From Octopus sinensis (lineage: Eukaryota): a stretch of 64,000 nt of DNA. The notes below the pieces were generated by a model. That model saw only the letters and a list, made by a program, of their open reading frames with translations. It was not told the DNA's origin and searched no databases. The stretch lies in the NCBI RefSeq assembly GCF_006345805.1, contig NC_043011.1, positions 56,246,464 through 56,310,463 on the forward strand, given 5' to 3'. Made by a program: the position numbers and the translations under genes. Below, in pieces: positions 49,621 through 62,251 of the stretch (position 1 is its first letter; the number at the start of each line of letters is the position of its first letter).

Positions 49621-50419
49621 ATTTTAGAACTTGTTTATTTGTATTGACTTTATTTTTTTCTTTAATTTCTCCTCATCTCATGGTCATCATGAAACTATTG
49701 GCTCTCATCACAATGTGAATTATTTGGATTGCTAAAATTACTGGTATCCTGGCTAAATTTGTCTCTTACTGGCAAAACATAGAAACACTCAATTAAATAT
49801 AGGAAACAAGTCATAGCTACCAAAAGCAACATGTAAGGAAATTTATCTAATTCGGTCTGATATGGTGGATCACATTCTCTGTGAAATGAAGAAACATAAA
49901 TATCATTGTTTACAGGCAACAGAAGTAGTATTTCGTGAAGACAACTGTCTGTGAATCATACTTTATGGAAATAGGTTGTGGATAGGCAAATTAACTGCAG
50001 TGTTCATCCAGAGATAACATCACTTATGGACAGACGGTGTTTAAAAACAAATATTTTAATCTAACACTGCTCCTGTTGCACATAACAAACTTTTATTCGG
50101 CTGAGTGGCTAAATGCAACATCAGTGATTCTTTAATCCCTGTTTTCTTATATCAGTGATGTCAGATTTTGTCTTAGGTTGTGGTCAACAGTTGGTACATT
50201 CTACTAACCAAATCCAAAACAGGCAGGAATGCACATTTACCATTCTCACTGCCAGTGCTGGACATGTTTTGTCTACTACTGATATAGATTTGTTTTTATA
50301 AAGAGCGTGTCTGTAAAAGATATCATATCCTAACAAATGCTGCTGTTAATTTGCCTTTCCACTATGTACATACATTAAGATATACAGACAGCTAAATATC
50401 ATTCTCTTTCATGGGCTTC

Positions 50420-50830
50420 TCATCATCATTATCATCATCATTGTTTAACGTCCGCTTTCCATGCTAGCATGGGTTGGACGAATGACTGAGGGCTGGTGAA
50501 CCAGATGGCTGCACCAGGCTTCAATCTTGATCTGGCAGAGTTTCTACAGCTGGATGCCCTTCATAACGCCAACCACTCCGAGAGTGTAGTGGGTGCTTTT
50601 ACGTGCCAGTCAGGCGGTACTGGCAATGACCTCGCTCGAATCTTTTACACATGCCACCGGCACAGGTGCCAGTAATTTCGATGCTGGTAACGATCACACT
50701 CGAATGGTGCCTTTTAAGTGCCACTGGCAAGGAAGCCGGTTAGCCACTCTGTCAATGATCACACTTGTATGGTGCTCTTTGCACCCCGCTAGCACGGACG
50801 CCATTCATTGAATTTGACTTGGTCACTTGA
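50420..50830 (-). mobile_element. RTE 3'-end copy, inverted relative to 49125 copy
   Basis: (CAT)n + GTTTAACGTCCGCTTTCCATGCTAGC. Confidence 0.88.
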
Positions 50831-50879
50831 CTTTGCCGCCACCAAATTATAAACCATATTAATTGTTTATTAAACTAAC

Positions 50880-51057
50880 CGTTCATGTCAATATATACAA
50901 GGTTGGAAAAGATGAGTGCCATGCCACCCGGTGGAGGCCAGACGATACTTTCAAACATCACAGGGAGGATAGGTTTCCGCAGACCATCAGCTAAGCTCAG
51001 TTCGCGGTTGCAGAGATGAGATATGACATACTTGGGTGTAACGCAGGCCAATATAAT
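50880..51057 (-). CDS. Death + TIR_2 protein, TIR C-terminal half
   Basis: IILACVTPKYVISHLCNRELSLADGLRKPILPVMFESIVWPPPGGMALIFSNLVYIDMN; ttttag / gttagt; phase 0 joins the 62252 exon. Not in the ORF track. Confidence 0.93.
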
Positions 51058-51289
51058 CTAAAACGAAACGAGAGAAGAAAGTTATGACAGCCACTTAAAA
51101 CACACACACATATATTTGATAAGTTTCACCTGGCTCCATGCAACTTAGAGGTTCACAGACTCATAAAACAAACCTGTTTTGTCAGACTTGCAGTGACTGA
51201 ATGAGACAACCCCCAAGATGGCTTCTAGACAGTGGGCCACGATTGGTCAATGCAGGTCACATGGTGTTATTGATATGGCAGCAACATCA

Positions 51290-52500
51290 ATCCAATTCTT
51301 TATTCCTAGGACCACATGCAAGACAGGTTACTTATTTTGGATATTCTAAAGGGAGCACACCCACACCCATAGTTTGGCTCTGTAGGGGGAGAACAGTCTG
51401 GCAAACACAAGCCATGCCATGGACAAGTCCAGGAAGGAACTGATGGAGATCTTCAAAGAATTCATCCTATCTATAATAGTCTTTAACAATTTGACAAAGG
51501 CTAACTTCCTGGACTTGAAGATAGACTTGAAGATGGACAAATATTATCCATACAGGAGGCTCAACAAGGAAACAGGTTACGTCCACAAAAACTCTAAGCA
51601 CCCCCCACACACTTTAATTAGAAACCTAGTCACAGGCATAGGTAAAAGAATCACTAAATTTTCAGAAGAGCTCTTCAATGGTCCCCACCCTCCATTATAA
51701 CTAGGTATTAGAAGAGTGGATTCACTGAGAAGTTAATATATGGAAGACATCCCACTCCTGCACCCAATAAGAGTCAGAAAAAGAAGATAATCTGGTTCAA
51801 TCCTTCATCTAACCTAGAAGTTTCAACCAATATAGCTAAGAGCTTCCTGATGCTTATTAATAGACATTTTTCTAAAACGCATAAGTAAACATTATAAACT
51901 TTTCAACCCCCACATTAAGGTCAGTTAATCCTGCTTATACAATATTGCTTCTAACATCACACATTACAATAGACACAAGCACACACCTACACAGCCTCTA
52001 GCCTATATTCCAACCTGTAACTGTCAAAATACTACCTACTGCCCACTGGGAGGATCTTACCTCACAAGAGTTGTGGCCCATTCGGTCTTGTGAACACTAT
52101 CCAATGGTATCACAAGACACTACACAACATATGTACTCCTCCAGGTGCAGGGATGGGGGCAACTGTACCTCCCTGTCCTGCTTTATCTGCAGACTTTGCA
52201 ACCATCAGAACAACTCCCCCAATATTGAATGGAATATCAACAGGACTCTACCTTACTCACCTGGAACTTGCAATTGCCAACTCTGCCTCAACGAGAGACT
52301 ATATATTTTCCATCAACAGAAACAATTAACTACCTCATTGTTGCCACGAGAGGTATATCTTGCTAAGGCACTTCAAGCCACTGGCTGCTGACAATCCAAA
52401 CATACCACCACAGGCCTGCCTCTTCTGTTCACAAGGACAGAGTATGTAACCTCTGCTGCCTGTATAAACCACAGCCTCATCATCCTACAGAAACATTGTT
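51290..52500 (+). mobile_element. Penelope-like element fragment (RT C-terminus + GIY-YIG region)
   Basis: NFLDLKIDL...YYPYRR...YVHKNSKHPP; KIIWFNP; CNC...CPL; CQLCLNERLYI; degenerate. Confidence 0.88.
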
Positions 52501-52931
52501 GCCACTGCATGGCCTCTATGGCAACACACTAACACATCAGTATACACACACACACACACACACACACCATATCTGGTGAACTGGTAAAAATCATTAGCAT
52601 GTCAGACAAAATACTTAGTGACATTTCTTCTGACTTCCATGTTCCAAGTTCAAATTCTGCTGAGGTCAACTAAAAACATGCATATATTCACTATTGTGTC
52701 TTTTAAAGACATTTGAGGTGAGTCCTGTATAAATCTTCTGCAAATCACTGAGCAGAGAGAGTATTGGCCTTACAAAAGTAATGTCCTCTCTTAGTGAACA
52801 AATAACTTGGGTCTTAGTAATTGCAGGTGGGTTGTATGAATGCAGAAGGCAGGGAGCACAAAAAATAAGACAACATAGGATGGACAAGTTTTAACAAATG
52901 TATTAGTTTAATGCTTAAAAAAGGGAAAGAG

Positions 52932-52967
52932 TCTTGACATTTTGGACACAGGTCCCTCATCAGAAGA
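52932..52967 (-). ncRNA. Degenerate minimal hammerhead relic
   Basis: TCTT CTGATGA G GGAC CTGT GTCC AAAA T GTC AAGA; both defects (G12A, C15.2T) are at CpG positions. Confidence 0.5.
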
Positions 52968-55174
52968 AAAAGTGAGAATAAAAATAAAAAGAGGAAAAGC
53001 AGTTGAAAAAATAAAATGAATGAGAAAAGGGAGTTGGGGAAAGAAGAGATTAGGGGCCAGGTGGGTATAGGAAGAGAGGAGGAGGAGGTGAAGTGATGTG
53101 TGCATATATAACAGGGTATCAATGTAAGATGGGAGGTGTGTGTGTAGAGGTGAGCAAGGATGGGAGTGTAGTGGCATGGGGATAGAGGGAGGGGTGAGAG
53201 GAAGGCATAGGGGGGAAGGAGGAGGAGGTGGCAGGGAGAAAGGGAAGGTAAGGAGGAGGTGAAAGGGAAGGTAAGAAGGTATTTAAGAGAAAAAAAACTG
53301 ATGAAAAAGTGATACAAATAGTAAAATTAATAATTATTGGCAGAGACAGAAACAACAAAAGGGAAAACTATTTGTGGTCAATCGCAGGAGGATGGGGGGT
53401 GGGGTGGATTTTTTAATATATGTAAAAGAGAAATATATCTATTGTGAGAGCAATGAAGAGGGAAAAACTGTAACCATCATCATCATCATCATTGCAGAAT
53501 AGTGGAGTAAATTTAGCTTCAATTTGTAGTTCAAATCCCAATTTTTGTTGACTTTGTATTTCAACTGTTGAAGGATTTTGATAAAGAAATTACAGAAATG
53601 TGTTAAGAACAATTCAACAGTTTGTATTGCTTATCTTTAAATGTGTGTCGTGCCAAAGTAAATAACTATTGTGAAGACCGTATGAGAAATGAAAGAAGTC
53701 ACACAGTGATACAAAGACTGACAGTACGGACGTTGGAAACATCTATTGAATTTTAGCAGAAGAGAAACGATAGCGAAAGTTCTTTTGATGAAGCTTTCTA
53801 ATGGAAGGAATCTCATTGAATTCCACAAATATCAATTTGTTACATTGGCACAGGGTCTGAGATTTGCAAGGAAAGTGGCAAGGCATTTGTGTGTGATGCT
53901 TGTCTCTCTAATGATATCAGAAGTAAATGGCAGGTTGTGTGTGAGGCATGTTTCAGACGTTTGATACTTTTCGGTAACGTAACATTGCTCTACAAAAGGA
54001 AGAAGCAACACACACACACACACAAAGACAAGAAAGCAACGCTGTCGATATAATGAGCTGGATGGGAATATAATAGAACGACGATTTGTGTTCAGCCATA
54101 ACCCAGTAAACGATTCCAATAGAAACGAATCAATTTTATAATATTTTTATTTCTTTTTCCACGAGAGAAGGTTGCGATGAGAAGACAATGTGATAATAAC
54201 AAATGGAGAAGAAGAAGAAGAAGAAGAATAAAAAAAGGTTAATATGCTATTGTTATACAATCTTCCTTGAACAGCACGGATTAGAGTAATCAGGAGAAGG
54301 AAAGAGAACGAAGAAGTGCATCGATGAGATAACGGAAGAGGAGGAGGGAGAAGAGGAAGAGCATCCATTAAAATCTGTTCAATAGAAGTAGCTGCATTAA
54401 ACTAATCAGATTCTGAACATGGAAAACTTACTATTTAGGTTTTCTTCTTCTTTTTTGTTTTTCAGTCACACACACACACACACACACAAATATTTAATAC
54501 TATTATTTTAATAATGCCTCAGAGTATGCAAATAGAAAAACACAAAATTTTCCAGGTGTAAATAATATGGAAGATCAGAATTTCTTTAAAAGAGTAACTG
54601 GATTGTGATGGTTGTTCTTCACCCCAAGTCTACCCAGATTGAGCAGACCTAGGGTCAAAGCTGTTCCGACCATGACCTTCACTTTTCTTTTGTCTTCTGT
54701 CACAGTATTGCATTCTTTTCTGTGTCTTGCTTTGTTTGAAACAGCAAGCTGCAATTTAAGGAATATTTGGCTGCCATTTCTATCAGAGTGAGCAACACCA
54801 TAGTCTTCTTGTAGCCTTGAAAATGGTTTGGTATTTATAAATGGTTCTTTATTTCAGGCATGGAGGTAGAGTGATGGTGCACAAATAGTTTACTTTTTTG
54901 AAATCCAAGAATGCAGCTACGACACATGTAAGAAGAGACAAGTTATTAAAGAATTTCTCAGAAGAATTTCGCATTCAAAACATTATAAGAATTTGCTAAA
55001 ACTGTTTGTTAAAACATTGCTATACAATGTGTGTGTGTGTGTGGGGGGGGGGGGCAAAATCTTTTGAGCACTGGGAAGCACCTTGCCAAATTTATTCCAG
55101 CTGTTTTCATTCTGAGTTCAGATCCCACTCAGGTCAGCTTCACCTTTCATCCCTCTGGGACTCAATAAAGTACC

Positions 55175-55585
55175 TATTTCTTTACTACCCACAAGGGGCT
55201 AAAAACAGAGAGGACAAACAAGGACAGATAAATGGATTAAGTTGATTACATCAACCCCAGTGTGTAACTGGTACTTATTTAATTGACCCCAAAAAGATGA
55301 AAGGCAAAGTCGACCTTGGCGGAATTTGAACTCAGAACGTAACGGCTGACGAAATACCTATTTCTTTACTACCCACAAAGGGCTAAACACAGAGAGGATA
55401 AACAAGGACAGACAAACGGATTAAGTCGATTATATCGACTCCAGTACGTAACTTGGACTTATTTAATCAACCCCAAAAGGATGAAAGGCAAAGTTGACCT
55501 TGGCGGAATTTGAACTCAGAACGTAAAGACAGATGAAATACCGCTAAGCATTCCGTCCAGCGTGCTAACGTTTCTGCCAGCTCGC
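55175..55585 (-). mobile_element. SINE family A tandem dimer
   Basis: Same tail-GAAATA|GGTATTTCGTC junction (55358/55359) as the 46.2 kb dimer. Confidence 0.92.
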
Positions 55586-56031
55586 GTGCAATAGAAGTGC
55601 ATGCAATAGAACAAAGTACCAGTCATGTACTGAGGTTGATGGGAGCAATTAATCCCCTTCCCCCTTTGACTCCTAAATCAAGAAACCGTTATTAATTAAC
55701 AAAAGAAGTTGACTTGATAGAATCAAGATTTATGGAACAAACGAATGGCAAAAAGTGTTCTTTGGCTTGTTCTTTTGCTCTTTACTGCATTCAAATGGAT
55801 CATGGGTGTCTTCATTTCGAATACCTGCATGTGTTTTTGGAAATGTTTGGGATGAAGGCAACCTCTTATGACTGCTTAGCAGAGAAATTGGTGAAGTTCT
55901 CGTATTTTTGTGTATTTTCTGGAATTGTTGTTTTTCTAGCGAGTGAGAGTTAAATTCGAAAAGATATTTTCTGCTGAATGTCAAAGTTTATCTTTATAGA
56001 TATAAAAATCAGATCTGAGATGCACCTATTT

Positions 56032-56071
<40 letters not shown>

Positions 56072-56228
56072 CAGCATCTAATGTCAGCTTCCCATGCTGG
56101 TATGGGCTATGTACACACACACACGTGTATCACCATCATCATCATCATCATCATCATCACCACAACCACCACCATCATCAATAGCAGCAGCAGCATTTCA
56201 CACATATTTGCCATGCTGGCATGGGTTT

Positions 56229-56255
56229 TATATATATATACATATATAAACACAC

Positions 56256-56292
<37 letters not shown>

Positions 56293-56566
56293 TATATATA
56301 TACACACACACACACATATATATATACACACACACATATATATATACATACACATATATATATACATACACATATATATATACACACTATATATATATAT
56401 ATTATATATATATATATATACATATATATATACACACATATATATACACATATATATATATATATACATATATATACACATATATATATTATACACATAT
56501 ATATATACACACACATATATATATATATATACATACACATATATATATACATACACATATATATAT

Positions 56567-56611
<45 letters not shown>

Positions 56612-56792
56612 TATATACACACACGTATATATATACACATATATATATATATACATATATATATACACATATATATATTATACACATATATATATATACA
56701 CACATATATATATATATATATATATAATATATATATATATATACATACACATATATATATATACACATATATATATACACACACATATATAA

Positions 56793-56824
<32 letters not shown>

Positions 56825-56837
56825 CACACACACACAC

Positions 56838-56868
<31 letters not shown>

Positions 56869-56870
56869 CT
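56229..56870. repeat. Compound (TA)n/(CA)n microsatellite, about 640 bp
   Basis: Direct inspection; explains the long Y/I/H/T ORFs. Confidence 0.98.
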
Positions 56871-57319
56871 TTATTTAAAGCAGCAGAAAATTCTACAAAA
56901 CCTGTTTCCCAATATCACTCCTACTACTTATACAACACCGAGACACCAAAGGTCACTGGTGAACAATGAAAGAAAAAACAAAAACAGAAAAACAAAGAGA
57001 CTTGCAAGAAGCAAATATTTTTACTTTATGTAAAAAAAGAAAAAATTCCAATAAAATAAAATAAGCAGTAAATATTGGTAAATCTTGTAAAGAGTTCACT
57101 GAGAGCAGAATTGGAAGATAGTGTCTTGGGAGCAAAATAGCAGACTATGCTGTCAAGTTACTCAGGGAAGCCATCTGCTTGAAAAAACAATAGTTAGTCT
57201 TCTAATTACAATTATGTTGAGATGTAAAAAATGCTTTATAGGATTATTAAAATGATTCCAGTAATTAATTCTAAATTAATGAAAGGCAGAGGAGAGAATA
57301 TAAACACTCTTAGTGGTCA

Positions 57320-57875
57320 TCATCATCATCATCATCATCATTTAGCGTCCGCTTTCCATGCTAGCATGGGTTGGACGGTTCAACTGGGGTCTGTGAAGCT
57401 GGAAGGCTTCGTCAGGCCCAGTCAGATCTGGCAGTGTTTCTACGGCTGGATGCCCTTCCTAACGCCAACCACTCCGTGAGTGTAGTGGGTGCTTTTTACA
57501 TGCCACCCGCACAGGTGCCAGACAGAGCTGGCCCATGCCAGACAGAGCTGGCGTCAAGAAAAAAAAACATTCATGTGAGGTCGTTGCCAGTGCCGCTGGA
57601 CTGGCTCCTGTAAAGGTGGCACATAAAAAGCACCATTTGAGCGTGGCCGTTGCCAGTACTGCCTGACTGGCCCTCGTGCCGGTGGCACGTAAAAGCACCC
57701 ACTACACTCTCAGAGTGGTTGGTGTTAGGAAGGGCATCCAGCTGTAGAAACTCTGCCAGATCAAGATTGGAGCCTGGTGCAGCCATCTGGTTTGCCAGTC
57801 CTCAGTCAAATCATCCAACCCATACTAGCATGGAAAACAGACGTTAAACGATGATGATGATGATGATGATGATGA
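57320..57875. mobile_element. Head-to-head RTE 3'-end pair forming a foldback
   Basis: - copy 57320-57555 and + copy 57570-57875 with (CAT)n/(ATG)n outer tails. Confidence 0.9.
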
Positions 57876-58734
57876 TGATAATTAAGCAATGACGGAGAGG
57901 ACATTGAAACCATGTAAGTTATTGGTTAATATTAGTTTATTTAAGAAGGGAGATAATCCTAGACATGTTTTGATTTTATTACAGTTTCATCAGTATAACA
58001 TAAACTTTACCATACTTACTGAAGCAGTGATGAGAGAAACAGTAAATAAATATACAAACATGTATGCTAGTTGGTGTAGAAAACTAGAATTGTCTGATAT
58101 AAATTACTCAGGGTTACCATCTGCATGGAAATTAATAATTAGTGTTAACATACTCAATGCAAAGATAGTAAAGTCTGTTTCACTGATGAGGTCATAATAA
58201 TACTGAATCAAGTATGGAATGGCTTCTCGCCTTGTCAAAATAATAAATATGATATTAATGACTACTATTGTCTTTCCCTCACTACATAATTATTTCTAAC
58301 CAGCTTTCTTTAAGGTCCTTGCATGAAATATGCTCAACTTTTTGTTACCATACACCTAGCACGAGTGTTTCAATTAATTTTTAAAATAATTAAGAATTTG
58401 AACAGATTTTGTAAAATGTTTAGCTTTTTTTATTATTTAGTTGATGTTTGGAAACCCAACTTGATAAAATAATTGTTAAATAAAATTATAATAAAAAGAT
58501 TAATATAATCCCTGTAAAATGTAAGATTTGTATTCTCGAACCAGAGTCTGTTTCTAGTGGTTGATAGCAAAACTGTATTGACAAATGTGTTGGAGATTAA
58601 AGCTTCTGATTTTAAAGCCAGCTAAATCTGGCTTAAAACAACAACAATTCCAGAGGCACAAAAGATGAATTAACAGAACGCAATAATTTGATTGGAAACT
58701 GAATTACTGTACGCACTCATCTATATGTTGCACA

Positions 58735-59125
58735 TTAGTGCAACATATAGTGCATAAGTTGCATATAGTGCACAGGTTGTGCATAGTGCATAATTGTACA
58801 TAGTGCATAAGGTGCATATAGTTCATAAGCTGCATATAGTGCATAAGTTGCACATATTGCACAAGTTGCACATGTTGTATAAGTTACATATATTGCATAA
58901 GTTGCACATAGCGCATAAGTTGCATATAGTGCATAAGTTACATGAGTTTCACATAGTGAAAGTTGCATATAGTTCATAAGTTACATATAGTGCATAAGTT
59001 GCACATATTGCACAAGTTGCATATATTGCACAAGTTGCATATATTGCACAAGTTGCATATAATGCACAAGTTGCATATATTGCATAAGTTGTACAAGTTT
59101 CACATAGTGCACAAGTTGCATCTGA
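58735..59125. repeat. 18-bp minisatellite (GCATATAGTGCATAAGTT), about 21 units
   Basis: Direct inspection. Confidence 0.95.
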
Positions 59126-59194
59126 TAGCTTGCATGGAAAACTGGATGCAAAATTATTAATGTGGTTAAAATTATTAAAATTATTAATGTGGTT

Positions 59195-59520
59195 AAAAAG
59201 CTTACTTAGCAACCATGTGGTTTTAGGTTCAGTCCCACTGTGCAACACCTAGGGCAAATGTCTTCTATTATAGCCCAGGATTACCCAATGCCTCAAGAGT
59301 GAATTTGCTTGATGGAAACTGAAAGAAGCCTTTTATATATATGTGTGTTTTGTGTATGTCTCTTTGTTGTTGTTCTCCCACTACTGGTGTTGGTTTGTTT
59401 ACATTCTGTAAACATTTTGACAAAAAGGAACAACAGAATAAGTACCAGACTTTAAAAGAAACAAGGTGGTGCCCCAGCATGGCCACAGCCCAATGACTGA
59501 AACAAGCAAAAGATAAAAGG
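59195..59520 (+). mobile_element. tRNA-derived SINE family B
   Basis: Head to GGTGCCCCAGCATGGCCACAG...AAACAAGCAAAAGATAAAAG tail. Confidence 0.8.
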
Positions 59521-60113
59521 TAAACAGAAGGAGACGAGACTCAAAAAGCCAAGGAATATGGAGCTTGACAATCAAATGAGTCGTCAAGCTGAACACATTT
59601 ATTAACGAAGATAAATTACACAAATGGTTGTGGCATAAGCTAAGTGCTGCTGCATACAATGCAACACGTGAGCAGACCATCGTTAAAAGGGCCATGGAAG
59701 CAAACGAAATACAAAGAAGATATCAAAGAACATTTCAGATTAAGCACAATTATGAAATTATCAATTAATGACGAAAGATTATTAATTACAACTTAAAAGA
59801 ATTAAACTGAATTCAATTTCAAAGCAATCAAAGTTAGATTCTTCGTTAGCAACAAAACAGAATCATCCATTTTGCCACTTCTCAAACATGATGGTTCTGG
59901 AAGCATCTCCATGCAAAGATTGCTTTGCACTTGACTCTCCACTTCTAAGTAAATTTCTTTCAAAACTTACCAATTCCACTCCACCATGAAATTCATCATC
60001 ATCATCATCATTTAATGACTGCTTTTAATGTTCACTTTTCCATACTTGTATGGGTCAGATGGAATTTGTTAGTAATAACGATAATAATAATAATGATGAT
60101 GATGATGATGATG

Positions 60114-60147
<34 letters not shown>

Positions 60148-60159
60148 TAATAATAATCC

Positions 60160-60540
60160 TTCTACTATATGCACAAGGCCTGAAATTCAGGGGAGGGGAA
60201 TAGTCAGACAGATCCCAGTATGCAACTGGTACTTAGTTTATCGACCCCGAAAGGATGAAAGGCAAAGCTGACTTCCATGGAATTTGAACTCAGAACGTAA
60301 AAACAGATAAAATGCTGCTAACCATTTTGTCCAACGTGCTAGCATTTCTACAAGACACAAGGTCTGAAATTTTGGCCGGAAGAATTAGTCAATTACATTG
60401 ACCTCAGTATGCAACTGGTACAGGTTTTACTGACACTAAAAGGACAAAAGGCAAAGTCAACCTTGGTGACATTTGAACTCAGAATGTGAAATAGGACAAA
60501 ATGCTGCTAAGCATTTTGTCTGACATTGTCAGCCAGCTGG
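60160..60540 (-). mobile_element. Two SINE family A copies, (ATT)n-tail variant
   Basis: Core GGATGAAAGGCAAAG twice; the first abuts the (AAT)n run. Confidence 0.75.
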
Positions 60541-60550
60541 AGCTACCCTA

Positions 60551-60586
<36 letters not shown>

Positions 60587-61044
60587 GATTGATGCAGTAC
60601 CAGGCAGTGGCTCTCGTGGCTTTTGATGTTATCATGTACATTGTTTTGTCTTGGTATAAAAGATGGGCTACAGCAAATATTCTGCTCAATTCCACAGATT
60701 TGCTTGTCACTTGCTTGTCCTTAACCAGTTGAGCATGTCCCTTAGTGGCTGATGAGATGTGCATCTCTGATCACGACCAGAAGTAGTGGGGGAACATCAT
60801 AGCCGTGTGTTGAGAGGAATTCTTTGGTGTTCGAAGAATTTTACCTCTAGAAATATGGATGTTTCATTCAATATTCAGGGACCTTCTGCAAGGTCACGCT
60901 CTGTTTATCTTGATATAAAATCACCATGTCACGCACATATGGTTGTGATGTATGTGCCTGGTGTACCCTTATCAGACGAGTAGTGCTGTTCTCTCACTCA
61001 ATAATAATAGGGCTTCCCCATAAAGAATCACCATCCTATTGAAG

Positions 61045-61475
61045 AAAGGGGTCAGGTATGATTGTAGAAGACAAAACAGACAAACCATGTAAGAAGACAG
61101 ACTTTGCAATACCATTCGAAAGCAAAATGGATGGGAAAGAAATGGGAAAAATTGAGGAATAACAGGATCTGGCCAGAGAGATGAGAAGATTGTGGAAGAC
61201 TAAGGCAACAATTATATCTGTGGTAAATTGGTGCCATTGGCCCAAGAGCCAAAGAACTACTTAAGAGGTTGAAGGTTATATTGGAAATGAGACTTGCATT
61301 GTCAACCTGCAGAAAAGTACCATCCTACATTCTGCACGAATCCTAAGAACGAGTCATGAAGATTTGAGGAGACTTGTTGGAACCAAAACCTCAAGATAGC
61401 ATGTCTGCTAACTAATATAGTGTATAACAGTTAAAACAAGAACAATGATGATGATAATAATAATAATAATAATAA
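61045..61475 (+). mobile_element. R4/Dong-like LINE 3' fragment (restriction-like endonuclease)
   Basis: DMIVEDK...DFAIP...QDLAREMRRLWK...VV.GAIG...NLQKSTILHSARILR; (GAT)n(AAT)n tail. Confidence 0.8.
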
Positions 61476-61744
61476 CTCCCCCGCATCAAACCAAACCACT
61501 TCTGTCCTCACCTTTTTGCCACAAATGGAATGAAGAATATAAAGGTAAATATAATTAATCATAATACAAGCGTCATAATAATAATAATAATAATTTCTTT
61601 ATTAACCAGAATGGCTAAGAAAAAGATTGAGGACAATACAGGTTGATACAGTGAGAGATTATATAAAAACAATTGTAAACAAGGGAAATAGCAAAAGAAA
61701 AAAATAATAAATAAACAGCAGAAACGACAACAACAAAAACAACA

Positions 61745-62045
61745 ACAATCCTTTCTAATATAGGCACAAGGCCTGAAATGTGGGGGAGGGGGTTAGATGA
61801 TTACATCAACCCCAGTGTTCCACTGGTACTTAATTTATCGACCCCCTAAAAGGATCAAAGGCAAAGTTGACCTCGACGGAATTTATACTCAGAATATAAA
61901 GAGACGAAATAAATAATAATAATAATAATAATCCTTTCTACAAAAGGCACAGGACTTGAAATTTTGAGTGGAGGGGGACTAGTTAATTACATCGACCCCA
62001 GTGTTTCACTGATACTTAATTTATTGACCCTGAAAGGATGAACAA
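61745..62045 (-). mobile_element. Two SINE family A copies, (ATT)n-tail variant
   Basis: TCCTTTCTA..A.AGGCACA.GG tails next to (AAC)n/(AAT)n runs. Confidence 0.78.
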
Positions 62046-62251
62046 ATGCCCTTTATATAGCAGAAGGCATTTCATCTGCTGCTCCAGGAATACTGTCAAA
62101 GCATTATCCAGTCGTCTCTGCCTCAAAGAATTGTTTCTAACAAAAGCTGAAGTCTTGGAATTTGGAAGAGGGGTATGCTGTAGATACTATGTCCCCCCAC
62201 CCACCCCCAACATACACACGATTCAAAATGCCAAGTAGATGGGTGTCTCAC

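Noticed and set aside
56081-56878. Long ORFs of 168-265 aa
   Set aside because: Translation artefacts of a (TA)n/(CA)n microsatellite.
58175-58220. CTGATGA motif as hammerhead (also near 5133, 60748 and 62522)
   Set aside because: No GAAA core and/or no stem I and III complementarity.
58735-59248. HIVHKL-repeat and ATYA-repeat ORFs
   Set aside because: Produced by an 18-bp minisatellite in an intron; no splice or start context.
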